DNA of 64,000 nt. Origin: Oculina patagonica. Lineage: Eukaryota. The stretch lies in assembly GCF_052425735.1 (NCBI RefSeq), contig NC_135759.1, positions 16,554,001-16,618,000 of the forward strand, given 5' to 3'. The position numbers and the translations under genes were made by a program. Positions 12,301 through 22,174 of the stretch are shown here, piece after piece; within the stretch, counting starts at the first letter, position 1; each line of letters starts with the position of its first letter. The notes under the pieces are model-generated. The model worked only from the letters and a program-made list of their open reading frames with translations, did no database searches and had not been told where the DNA came from.

Positions 12301-14031
12301 GATATTTCCATGGCTTTTGGCGAGCAAACCTCAAACAAAACTTGAAATGTGCATTCACAATATTCACGCGTAATCGGCCGCTAAAATATAAACAACTTTA
12401 TGCAAAACTCGTGTTAAAATTTGACCTGCGTATCGCGTGGCAAATTTCATTCGGTTTAGAACCGCTTTCTCTTGTTGACATAACAAAACTGCCTTCTTCA
12501 CAGAAATCCGAGCTTTAAACAACAAGATTGACTTGGAAAGTTGCTGAAAACAGACTGGATTTCCAAAATTCGCACGAAGTGTACGGTGCTTCGAATTTTG
12601 GTCGTGAAATAATACTTACGAGGTTTTGCATAAACTGTGCGATAAAAAGAGCTTGCCGGCACTTCCAAACAATCGGCATTGTCCTCTAAAGGACTCAGGG
12701 GCATAGCGTTCAACTCCCTTTGGCGGAATTTGTCACTTCAGGATCTAAAGGAATCCAAAACTGTCGGCAGCTTTTGCAGTCTCGTTTTCCAAGGCCTGGT
12801 GCCCGCATAAACTGGTCTCTGTAAAGGTACCCCACTACAACATTTTCCACGGGAGCGACACGGTTTCAAATGGGCGCCGGATTCGTAAAAGTGGGAGTCC
12901 AAAATTTTTATAAGGCCTGACTTTGTCCCCATAGGGACCATAGGAGGGCCTAAGGGGCATGCAACATGTTTTTCTGCAGTTATGAGTGCAAAGGTATCTA
13001 AAGATTTCCTAATTTACTAAAAAAAATCTAAATACAATTATTCATATTATTTTTTTCTGAAAAGTGGCTGTCTATAGGAATCCTAGAAAAAGCCAGCACC
13101 TACATCATTTTCAAAAGTTGTTATTTGGCCTCTATTCACAAAATTCTGAGAGTAATCATGCTACTCCATCCTTTAGTCTAATGAATCAGTGTGTTATAGG
13201 TCCATTCCATTTTATATCCACCCCCCCCCCCCCCCCCCCATTGATGAGGTAAGTCAAAATATACCTCCTAAGACGAAAAAAGGGCCAGCATGATACCCCC
13301 TTCAGAAATAACCCGGTTTTTTTCAAAAACCTTCAGGAAAAAGCCAAATTTTCCCAAACCCCTTCAGAAGTATTCGAAAGAACAAAGAATACTGACAGGG
13401 CTACCCCTCAAAAATGTCTTTCAAAGCCCCTTCAGAAAATCTCATCTATAGAGGGGGTGTGGATATAAAATGGAATGGCCCACATATATATGTGTACATG
13501 CACACGTAATTGACAGAGTTCACTAAGTTTGGCATAGAAGAAGCAAACAGAATGTTCACTTAGTTTCAATGTATCAGACTTGGAAAGATAATCAACATAA
13601 GCTTACAGCTAAACATGCAATTATCTCGATTTGCCCAAAACCAGCCAAAACTGAAAGCAACAAATCAAAAATAAAATTCCAATCAAAGTATAAAATCGAC
13701 GATCTACTTGTACGAATTCGACAAATAAATTCACATTTTCACATGAAGGAAATACAGAAACCCAACTTCTCATTATTTCGCTTTGTAGCTATAAAGAAGA
13801 ACATTCAACATGCTTATCTACGCTAAGGGGATTTTATATTTCACATACTAACACATTACCTCTACCGGTGGTCGGGGTTGCTGTGGGTTGATTTCCAAGC
13901 GAAATCGGTGTAGAATCGGAAGCTGGCACAAGAGTTGGTCCAAAGTTCAAATTCCCACCAAAATGTGCGAGAGAAATCCCGTGTAAAGGCGTATGTTTTT
14001 GCGATGAATCAGAACCCTGTCTGTCCGCCAT
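307..14031 (-). CDS. SEC23IP: SEC23-interacting protein / DDHD2-like intracellular phospholipase A1 (WWE, lipase, SAM, DDHD domains); 3' end lies beyond the window start
   Basis: Coding exons, all GT-AG and phase-consistent: 14031-13860, 11557-10623, 9029-8822, 7160-7071, 6060-5919, 5749-5647, 5261-5156, 4933-4899, 4083-4025, 3655-3472, 2409-2314, 2173-1848, 573-492, 397-307. Motifs: Pro-rich N-terminus with [10 protein letters not shown]; WWE-like [34 protein letters not shown]; [11 protein letters not shown]; EFLPVQWH; lipase GHSLG; SAM ([20 protein letters not shown]); DDHD ([35 protein letters not shown]). SEC23IP and DDHD2 cannot be strictly separated; likely a pro-ortholog of both. Confidence 0.93.
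920..1045 (-). mobile_element. Degenerate tRNA-derived SINE fragment
   Basis: Reverse complement resembles the head and body of the SINE at 2619 (cttgaacaagaacacaacaca, aaccattaggccaccgcacct). Confidence 0.6.
1484..1786. mobile_element. Non-autonomous DNA transposon with ~80-bp TIRs retaining a THAP-domain N-terminus (ISL2EU/PHIS-like)
   Basis: TIR agcccacttgcaaaaagagtgg...gggatcgtttggggg and its inverse; AT on both flanks. Internal minus-strand ORF from 1661 reads [28 protein letters not shown]. Confidence 0.8.
2447..3110. mobile_element. Kolobok-like non-autonomous element (TTAA TSD) with a nested SINE
   Basis: ttaa|agagacagtgtcac ... gtgacactggcccct|ttaa: imperfect TIRs, RR terminus and TTAA flanks, as in Kolobok. 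Confidence 0.65.
2619..2902 (+). mobile_element. tRNA-derived SINE with CORE-like central domain
   Basis: A-box-like ggtggcctaatg and B-box-like gagttcgag, followed by tgtgttcttgggcaagacactttactctcatagtgcctc...gtataaatggg, which resembles the MIR/CORE domain. Other copies occur in the window. Confidence 0.8.
3215..3360. mobile_element. Short MITE
   Basis: Terminal inverted gttgttcaaagg / cctttgaacaac; related TIR at 55797-56035. Confidence 0.55.
4149..4756. mobile_element. Foldback MITE, Tc1/mariner(pogo)-like
   Basis: ta|cagtcaaaccggatgttcttttgatgggaacttt ... aaagttcccatcaaaagaacatccggtttgactg|ta. Arms are complementary for ~250 bp; TA TSD. Confidence 0.88.
6400..6864. mobile_element. MITE with TA TSD and multiple internal AAATTAACGCG motifs
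   Basis: ta|ccttattataggaaattaa ... ttaatttcctataataagg|ta, with repeated subterminal aaattaacgc(g). Confidence 0.82.
7330..7541. mobile_element. Partial repeat with a CCC-G-run terminus (EnSpm-like MITE end)
   Basis: Reverse complement begins cccagggggggtacttgcagtatacatgacggggg; similar CCC/G-run ends occur near 41455 and 63140. Confidence 0.35.
8560..8712 (-). mobile_element. SINE fragment, second family
   Basis: ggaggaaaaccagagaaccc...gagaaccaacaacaaactcaacccac...ctctcaccactgggcca; homologous to 63595-63830. Confidence 0.6.
9775..10233. mobile_element. Tigger/pogo-like MITE
   Basis: ta|ccgtattttctcgattaaacgcc ... ggcgtttatttgagaaaatacgg|ta; repeated taaacgccgg subterminal motifs. Confidence 0.82.
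13199..13481. mobile_element. PIF/Harbinger-like MITE
   Basis: TIR ggtccattccattttatatccac / gtggatataaaatggaatggccc; internal ccccttcagaa repeats. Confidence 0.7.
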
Positions 14032-14591
14032 CTTGGAAATGGACACGTCAGAACAATGCGGTGTGATCGCGGGCTCGTGTAGATAGTTTCAAAAATACGC
14101 ATTGCGGTTCTACAAGTCTTTACCTCAACTGTCTCCGTTGGATGCGGCCCAGGTTTCTATTCTTTTGAAGCCGAACAAAAGATTCGAAAGGTTACTACCT
14201 CAATCCTTCAAATAATACCCTATCAGAAGTTCATAACTAGTCCATGAACTGGTTTCTCGCGCGCTGATGTAATTACAGCGCGCGCGAATACGCGCAATAG
14301 TGTGAACTCAAATCATGTCGCTAACTGAGTCCTCGAACAAGTGTTTCTCCTTGTGTGATTTCTTTTTGAAAACAATAATTGCCTCTGAGGATTTATTGTT
14401 TTGGCCCCTTGTAGATAGACAACTTCCATTTTTTAGGTTATAAAATATGATTCGCTTTTAAAGGCAAGCCAGTCACGCGTGCAATCAAATCGAAAATGAT
14501 GGCGTTTTTAGGATTTCAACGGATTTTTTTTGTAGCTTCGCGTTATTATAAAAGATAAATTCTAACTGTGAAACTGAACTCAGACGAAAGG
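14032..14591. promoter_or_regulatory. Probable bidirectional promoter between SEC23IP and the MARCH gene
   Basis: Divergent start codons 560 bp apart; CpG-rich patches (tctcgcgcg, gcgcgcgcg); YY1-like cgccatcttgg overlapping the SEC23IP ATG. Confidence 0.55.
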
Positions 14592-16980
14592 ATGGATCAA
14601 GATTGCAATCGATCTGAATATTTTCAGCATGCTGACAGAGAGCACTCGGTGAGTTACTCATTTTATTACTGTAGATGAATATAGAAAAAAGGGGAAGATA
14701 ATGATAAAGAATAAGAAAATCGCGCGAAAACTGCGTTGCGCATACAGATGGAGATATTCTTGATATTTCTTTTTTAGTGTTTGCGCACTTGAAAGGAAAA
14801 AACCGCATTCCTCAGGCATTTCGAGACTGTTGTATAGCTCTTCATCAGCGAGAAAGACGGAATACCGTCAACGTTGATGATAACAACCGGCCTACCGGTT
14901 AAAGGAAACAAGCAATTCAAGTTCTTGACGCATAGCTCTTATTTCTCTTGAAAATGCCATTGAGATGTCAAACAGACAGGTTCCTACGTACAGATGATAA
15001 CAATTACGAAAATAATCAACTAGAGAAAATAACACAAAAAATATAAAACGAAATATCAGAAACGTATTGGAATCAGTAAGTAGTTCAAACTAAGGAATAA
15101 AGTGACTTTAAAGTGGTTTTCAATGGTCGTAGGGCAAAACCAAAGCAATTACAATGTCGAATTGCTATACAACAAGCGTGAACAATAAAACGTGAACCAA
15201 CGAAAAAATCGAAGCAAATAGAGGTAGCCAGGCCAAACGAAGAAAATCGGGCATGACCACATGGGGAGTCATTGGTTTTGGCTTGGCATCTGATTGGTTG
15301 AGTAGATGGGCATGATTTTTTTTAACCATTCATAGAGCGTAGTAAATTAAAACTAGAACTATTTTGGACACTTGATTAACTCTTAAAGGTTAACCAATAA
15401 ATAATAATTATATTTTTTTTCGTTTAAAACAGCCTTTCTCCATTGAATGCCTCAGTATCAATGGTAGTGATCATTTTACACCAAGCTGTCGGATCTGCCA
15501 GACATCCGGGAACTCTGAGCCGGAAGTAGGAGAGCTGCTTCCCAGTCCTTGTGATTGCAGGGGTAGCCTCGGCTTCGTGCACAAGCAATGCATGGAGAGA
15601 TGGCTGTGCGTGCGCAACCAAGACACCTGTGAATTGTGTCATTTTAAATTTGTGACCAAAAGAAGATTCAAACCACTTCACGAGGTAGGCTGGGTTTCTA
15701 CTTTTTATGTCTATTAGAAACAATAAGAACACTCCGAAAGAAACCACGTCAGTTAATCGCCATTATAATATACCGCGTTGCTTAGCAACATCCGTTATGA
15801 CCAATCGGAACTAGAAGAATAAACATGAAAAGTGTGGAAAGCGCGGGAAAATACCAGATCACCTGATTGGTTGAAAAAACAACAGCTTCAGTGATAAGAA
15901 ATTTAACTTGTGTCCAACAAAATGTTGTTCAACTGTTGAGTACATATAACAAAGTTTAATCCATCAGCTATAGAACTCGACAAATGATAAACTGATTAAT
16001 ATAGTTCGTATATATCGCGGCAAAACTGACCAATCAGCTTTAACAGACCAGACATATAAAATCATCGATTGACAACAACTTTTCACTTCACTCTGAGGAT
16101 GACTTCCTCTCAGGTTGTCGAAACGTCAGTCACCAACAACAGTTCTTTTCAGAACTACTTACATCCGGACGATCACACTTTATTATATAAACTGCAGTGG
16201 TTTAGCGAGTGGTAGCAAATCTAGAAAAATGGTATCACACATGTGTGATAAAAATGATATCCACACTTTTATTTTTTTCATCTGATTTTTTTTTTATTTT
16301 TTTTATTTTTTTTTTTTATAAAATTTAATTCCTTTATACGACCTACTGATACTCCTGGGTACTAACTGCTTACAATGACTAAAGTAAGAGAGGGCCCCAA
16401 GCCACCGAGATATGGGGAGCGATGAAAGGTGCCGTATTCACAGGCTAAAAGAACTAAGAAGATTTCATCTGTAATTTTAACAGCACTCCCTTCATTGGAC
16501 ATTTCTAAAATTCCAGTGAATTACCATAACTAGTGTCAGAATTTATCACGGCAAGTTGAACAGAGGGGGGTTTTTAATCGCTTCACTATACTCTTTACAT
16601 ATTATTTCAGTGGCACTTTGGCCAAGCCGTGGAAATGCTGAGCAGCGACGAAAAAGGAATCCTTGTTCTTGGATTTGTTAACTTCATACTTCTTCTACTC
16701 GAGGTCCCCTTTGTTTACTATGTGATCAGAATCAACGCAGCATACTTTCTGGAACATATAAATGACAGGGATTCTAAGCCAGGAAACTTCTTCAGGGGTC
16801 TACACTCTCCTTTTGGTACTGCTGCTAATCTTCTCAATGGCTCTCTTTGCGTCGTCTCTCACATTCACTGTGTTTGGCTTCAAGGTGTTTCGCAAGATTT
16901 TGAGCTTCAGTAGAGAAGTTGTCCTGATCATTCCCATAAGACATTTGGAAGAACCATTGGAAGACGAAGATGTCGTGTAG
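14592..16980 (+). CDS. MARCH-family RING-CH membrane E3 ubiquitin ligase (apparent +1 frameshift in exon 3)
   Basis: Exons 14592-14648, 15433-15684, 16611-16980. RING-CH: CRICQ..PSPCDCRGSLGFVHKQCMERWL..DTCELCHFKF. TM1 GILVLGFVNFILLLLEVPFVYYVI. TM2 VYTLLLVLLLIFSMALFASSLTFTVFGF lies in the +1 frame. Confidence 0.85.
14809..14854 (-). ncRNA. Degenerate minimal hammerhead ribozyme motif (Penelope-type)
   Basis: Reverse complement: ctcg-CTGATGA-a-GAG(ctatacaacagt)CTC-GAAA-tgcc-tgag. The cleavage triplet is degenerate. Confidence 0.4.
15105..15375. repeat. Interspersed repeat (ttttgg..tgattggttg family)
   Basis: Shares motifs (caaaaccaaagcaa, ttttggttt..tgattggttga) with 40180-40505. Confidence 0.5.
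15777..15789. promoter_or_regulatory. RFX X-box palindrome
   Basis: GTTGCTTAGCAAC in MARCH intron 2. Confidence 0.4.
16088..16131 (+). ncRNA. Minimal hammerhead ribozyme motif in a Penelope-like fragment
   Basis: act-CTGAGGA-t-GAC(ttcctctcaggtt)GTC-GAAACGTC-agt. Confidence 0.6.
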
Positions 16981-18025
16981 TCATGGTAACCCAAAACCAA
17001 GAGAATGTAACCGCCTTGTTTACACTAATTTAACCTGCTTAGGTAAGCCTGTTTTGACAGCCAGCTAAACCTCTTTAACTAGAGAAGCCTTAAAACTTTA
17101 GAAAAACAGGACAATTACTTAGTCTTACTTGAAAACTTATGTGTATACATAAAATGCCTTTCTGATTTAGCCGCCGAAGCAATAGGAATTAAGGATTCAT
17201 TTTTAAAAGATTTACAAACATAACCAACAATTCCAAAATTTTAATATTTGTCTATAAACATTTAGTTTGCACCACCATTTCATTGCTTATTAAATATCTA
17301 CCACCATTCACCATAATTTATTTCTCAGAATGTGTGATGTAAAAAATATTAAATACTACGTCTTTACTTAGCATAGAGCTAGTAAAAGCGTCTTGGGTAA
17401 CTGTTTATAACTGCAGTCGCCTTATCTAAGTAATACATTAATTCGAGGCTACTTCTAAACATTCTACGGCACTGTCAGGGACTCAGGTTGCTGTTGTTCG
17501 GCAAATTTTAGTCAAAATAGACGAAGATTTTCCGATTCTTCTAGATCTTCGCTAATCAGAATGAAGCACGACCAGTCTCGTACCGTACAGTTGACCAAGT
17601 AGCTGAAGACTGCACGAAATATGCTTGCTTTAAAAAAAAACGCAAAACCGCTTGCAAAAACAGCTCTCTAATTGATTTGAGAACTGAGCACTTGTTCCTT
17701 TCATAATAGAAGAAAACAAACAAACGCGAGGCTTACCTAGCCACCACAAAGCCTTTCTTTCTTCTTGGCGACAGTTATGCAAGTTTTGTCATCTGATGCA
17801 CTGTAAAAATATCCGATTTCTTACATACAACCTAGTCTTTGGCTGTGCCAGCGTAATATTATTTTCGATTGCTAAAGACTCAATAAAAAATATTATTCAA
17901 AATATTACAAAAGATCGCTCTATCATAGTAAAATATCTGCGCAAATCATTCAATGTGCTATGGCGTTTTCAGGTAAAAAATGTCCAATATCAACACTCTT
18001 TTCAGTTTTCGAGCAGTGACGTTTC

Positions 18026-18327
18026 TTAGAATGATATTTCCTCGTGAAAACTTCTTCCTCGAAATCTCCTATAATAAACGTTGCTATAAAGTCCTCCTGG
18101 GGTTCCTGTGGCTAAAAGTACCCCGTATAACGTCCCGTCCGGTCGAAGTGCTATGGCCAGTCCAACCAGACGATTCGACTTGAGCTCCTTGAGGGAGGCC
18201 CTTGTTGATCTATTGAGGTGGAACACTTTTCGAGCCGCTGATAGGGACCATAAACCAAAAGGTTCAAAACACACCTACGGATTGGAGGATAAGATGTGAT
18301 TACGAGAGGCACTGTTTAAGTAACTAA

Positions 18328-18359
<32 letters not shown>

Positions 18360-18512
18360 TTCTCCGTCTATTTGACTGCCTGTCTGTTGAACTTACTGTC
18401 TAAATGCAAGCTGAGTATGGTTGATAGATGGCTAGATTGCGTGCTAACTAAAATTGACTGTCTTACTGTGGCTCGAATTCCTGAACACTCGGATGTTGAA
18501 TTAATAAGGTGA

Positions 18513-18554
<42 letters not shown>

Positions 18555-21196
18555 ACCTGACTCTGACTGACTGACTGACTGACTGACTGCCTGACTGACT
18601 GACTGANNNNNNNNNNNNNNNNNNNNNNNNNNNNNNNNNNNNNNNNNNNNNNNNNNNNNNNNNNNNNNNNNNNNNNNNNNNNNNNNNNNNNNNNNNNNNN
18701 NNNNNNNNNNNNNNNNNNNNNNNNNNNNNNNNNNNNNNNNNNNNNNNNNNNNNNNNNNNNNNNNNNNNNNNNNNNNNNNNNNNNNNNNNNNNNNNNNNNN
18801 NNNNNNNNNNNNNNNNNNNNNNNNNNNNNNNNNNNNNNNNNNNNNNNNNNNNNNNNNNNNNNNNNNNNNNNNNNNNNNNNNNNNNNNNNNNNNNNNNNNN
18901 NNNNNNNNNNNNNNNNNNNNNNNNNNNNNNNNNNNNNNNTTATGGCGGACTCCCTCTCCAGAACTTTAGGAATCACCTCCACGGCAAAAAATCCGCTTTT
19001 TAACATCTTTTTAGCTGAAGGATATAAATTATACACACTACTTGGGACGAGATCTCTGTATCTACCGCTGGCTGCGTATTTAACAGTAGCGTTACATTCC
19101 TGAGCGAGAAACGATGTCGCGGGCGCAGGTGATTGATCTACGAGAATGGGAGGGGAACTATCTGCAAGAGAAGTGAAAGACCACATCAGATTTTAAGTAA
19201 ACAAGGTAAATGGGGCAAAATAAGTTTAAGTCGCTTTCCCTTATTTTGGGTGAGAAAAGCATGATGAAATATTAGCCTACTCACAGGCCCTCTACCCTGG
19301 GTAAAGACAGGAGAAGGGGACAGGTGCCTTCCCTCCATTTTATCTATTTTAAGAGCGGAACACCTGCTTGAAAGTGAAACTAACGGTTTTGTTGTTGTTT
19401 TTGTTGTTGTTTTAAAAAATAGCAGGTTTGCAGCGAAGACTGGCTATTTTCAAAACACCTAAGCTCCGAGATCAACACCTATTTTCCCCTTGCAAATGAT
19501 ATCGATGCAAAAAACTATGGTGCTCTTAACTTCTTAAAGCAAATTAAAACATTAGCCCATAACAAACGTGCTTTACACTTAGAGAAAGATGACCCTACAG
19601 ATTTGTACTGGGGTCCATGATCCCAATTCATGTATTTTACCCAAAGCTCAGTATGAATTGGCACGGTCTGGCGAGATAAAAATCACTCCTGAGAAAAGAG
19701 TAAAAAATTAGAGAGCTTCAGGAATCCCTTGACTATACCTCGTTCAAACAAACAGCATCATTAATTGAGCTACAAAATCCGGCTTAAAATATGCACTGCA
19801 ACTTACATGAATGTACACAGGCAGCTGCCGGACAGTCACGCGCTTCCATAGAGACACCCACACAGTGAGCGGAGTCTTCAAAGGACAGGCAGACTCTGCG
19901 GCGATGTTGTTGTCCTTCTTGGCAATACTTTTTCTTACTGCATACACTCCATGGACCCCATAAACCCCATACGGCCCGGGGAATAACGTCTGAAGTTTCT
20001 GAATGATTGAAAGATATTTCAGTTATTGCGTTTTAAAAATTATGCAAAAGTACTGCTCTATTTCTTAAATGTGACAGCACAGGAGAAAATGCGCTCTTTT
20101 TTACACCTGCATGCCCATTATTTCAGTATTTGTTTCACAGTTTTGGTTATTTTTGTTGGTTGTTTTTTAAGGGACTATGTCACGGATTTAAACAGATTTT
20201 TAAACAGCCAAAATTTCTATTTGTGTCGTAGGAAACTTAACAATAATGGTTCATTTTTATTAACAATTGCTATACAAGAGCACTGAAACCGTTTACAAGC
20301 GTGTTTGGCTGCTGTTTGCTTGGATGGAAACGGATACCAACTTGAAAACGCGAGGCTAACTTTTTCAAGTTGTTTCCGCGCGTCTTCAAAAAAAGTCGAT
20401 ATTTACAGCCAAAGCCTTTGGCTGTAAATATTTGCGGATAGAAATCAAAGTTTTGTTTCTATCCGTAAATTAAAATTGCTTACCACTAATTTCAGAACAG
20501 TTTAGACCAAAAATCAATGTTGCTCCTTTAATCAGTCTTGCAGGGATAAAGGATAAAGGGTTAAATTGCTGCAGACGAAAAGAGAAAAAATGGGGAGCTG
20601 CAGGGAAGAGGAAGTGCAATTTTTGTCTTTTCGTTGTTTTTGATACTCACCAGAATTCCCTTCTTGTTTAGTGTTTGTCGATTTTGTTGACTCGGTCCCC
20701 CAGTCAAAGGGTTCCATATCTAATGGTTGGTCTAATGGTCTACTGAACCAGCTCTTTGTGAAAGAAGGTTGATATTCCATCCGCATAGCGAACAGTGCAA
20801 GGCCAAGAACAAAGCAAAGAAAAGAAACGAATTTGATGAGAGGAACGATGTTATTTTCCTGAAAAAGAAAAATCAACAGCTTCAACATCATACTAACTTT
20901 ACAATAATAAGCCTGGTGGTTTCTTGGAGGTCTTCTCGCCTTACCATAATTATTACTGTAATATTTCAATCTTAAAGTGGCTAATATATGAATGAATGAT
21001 GATGATGATGATGATGATGATGAGATATTAAAATTTTGACAACCCGGACATTATCCAGGATTACATAAGAAGTGATTTACAAGTTCCCACTGACCTCGCT
21101 TCTCTTCTCAACGGCTGCTTCTTGAGCAACATAGAAAGCAACTATTTCTTCATCTGGACGGCACCATTTTTCTTTCGACTCCATGTTGACGTCCAT
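18026..21196 (-). CDS. Uncharacterised type II membrane protein with one thrombospondin type-1 (TSP1) repeat
   Basis: Exons 21196-21095, 20858-20651 (TM: IVPLIKFVSFLCFVLGLALFAM), 19989-19807 (WGLWGPWSVCSKKKYCQEGQQHRRRVCLSFEDSAHCVGVSMEARDCPAAAC), 19161 into the N-gap. Probable last exon 18274-18026 (acceptor ccgtag|GTG; frame across the gap cannot be verified). Splice phases 0,1,1 are consistent. Confidence 0.75.
18329..18606. repeat. Compound tetranucleotide microsatellites (CTGT)n, (CTGC)n, (CTGA)n
   Basis: Read directly; the array abuts the assembly gap. Confidence 0.95.
18607..18939. other. Assembly gap (333 N)
   Basis: Run of n. Confidence 1.
20167..20532. mobile_element. Kolobok-like MITE family copy (TTAA ends)
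   Basis: ttaagggactatgtcacgg ... gctcctttaa. Homologous copies at ~40603-40880 and, inverted, at ~38723-38850 and 54570-54958. Confidence 0.65.
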
Positions 21197-22136
21197 TTTA
21201 AGTCGTTTTTCGAAGCTCAAACGCGATCTCTTTGCTTGTTTACTACAGTAAGCCTAACTGCATTATCCTGTAATAACAATACAACAAGTTTTGTAATTTT
21301 GAAGTTTTTACACTTTATACTGATAAACATAGCAGTATACATTTCAGACATTTCAATTATATATACTCGAAGAGTACTCTCGTGCAATTTTTTTGCGATT
21401 CTACCTGTAGCACGATGATGGTGAAACGCGTGGAAATGAAACTTTGATTTTGACAGCGAAGGTTTATAAGGATACACGAAAACGTGTTAACACTAGAAAA
21501 CGGCACTATCACAACTTGCCCTTCAAAAAAAAAATGGGCGCGCAAAGGAGAAAGAATGGCGCCTTTTTCCTCTGCATGATTCCTTGTGCTTTGCGCTCGT
21601 AACCGGTCGTTCGCGGTTCGCACTGAAGAAGGGTAAGAAGTGGGAAGCGCCCGAGGAGAAGGCTGTAAAATGACGGTATTATTTTTCGTGAAAGTTGATC
21701 TGGAATCTACTTAGAAATAACTTTGTAACATTGTTTGGGTTTCTTTTAATGACCTCCACGTCGCGAGAGCTCAACAAGGAAACCTTAACAACATATAACT
21801 CAGGTCAAACAAAGGGATAAAATCGTACCAATTAATACGAATGAAACGATCTTTTATGGGAATCAACTAAGATTATACCCCGCACGGGTACAAAAGATTA
21901 ATTTTATAAGGAGTGGGCTAAACTACATGGTGGTCATAGCGAAGTTCAAGAGGAACTGATACGGCATGCACACAGCGCGCGAGATGTCCTTGGTATCGAT
22001 TGGTAGGTAAAGTAAGATAAATAATCAATGATAAATGGAAAAATAAATTTTCTTGTGCTGCGTGGCACTTGTAAAAGTACAAACGTATAATAAGTTCTCA
22101 CTAAATGAGTTGAAAGTGCCTTTAAAATAGTTAAAA

Positions 22137-22174
22137 GTTCCAGACGTTTCGGGCTTAGCCCTTCATCAGTGAAA
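22137..22174 (-). ncRNA. Intact minimal type I hammerhead ribozyme motif (Penelope-type)
   Basis: Reverse complement: tttca-CTGATGA-a-GGGC(taa)GCCC-GAAACGTC-tggaa. Stem I 5 bp (one G-U), stem II 4 bp, ACGT palindrome in place of stem III, GUC cleavage site. Confidence 0.75.

Noticed and set aside
17737-17801. Exon-like segment on the minus strand (ASDDKTCITVAKKKKGFVVA) with acceptor and donor
   Set aside because: It could not be joined in frame to the TSP1 gene exons; left unresolved.
18368-19186. 272-aa ORF in the ORF track
   Set aside because: It reads through Ns and microsatellite; only 19161-18940 is a plausible exon.
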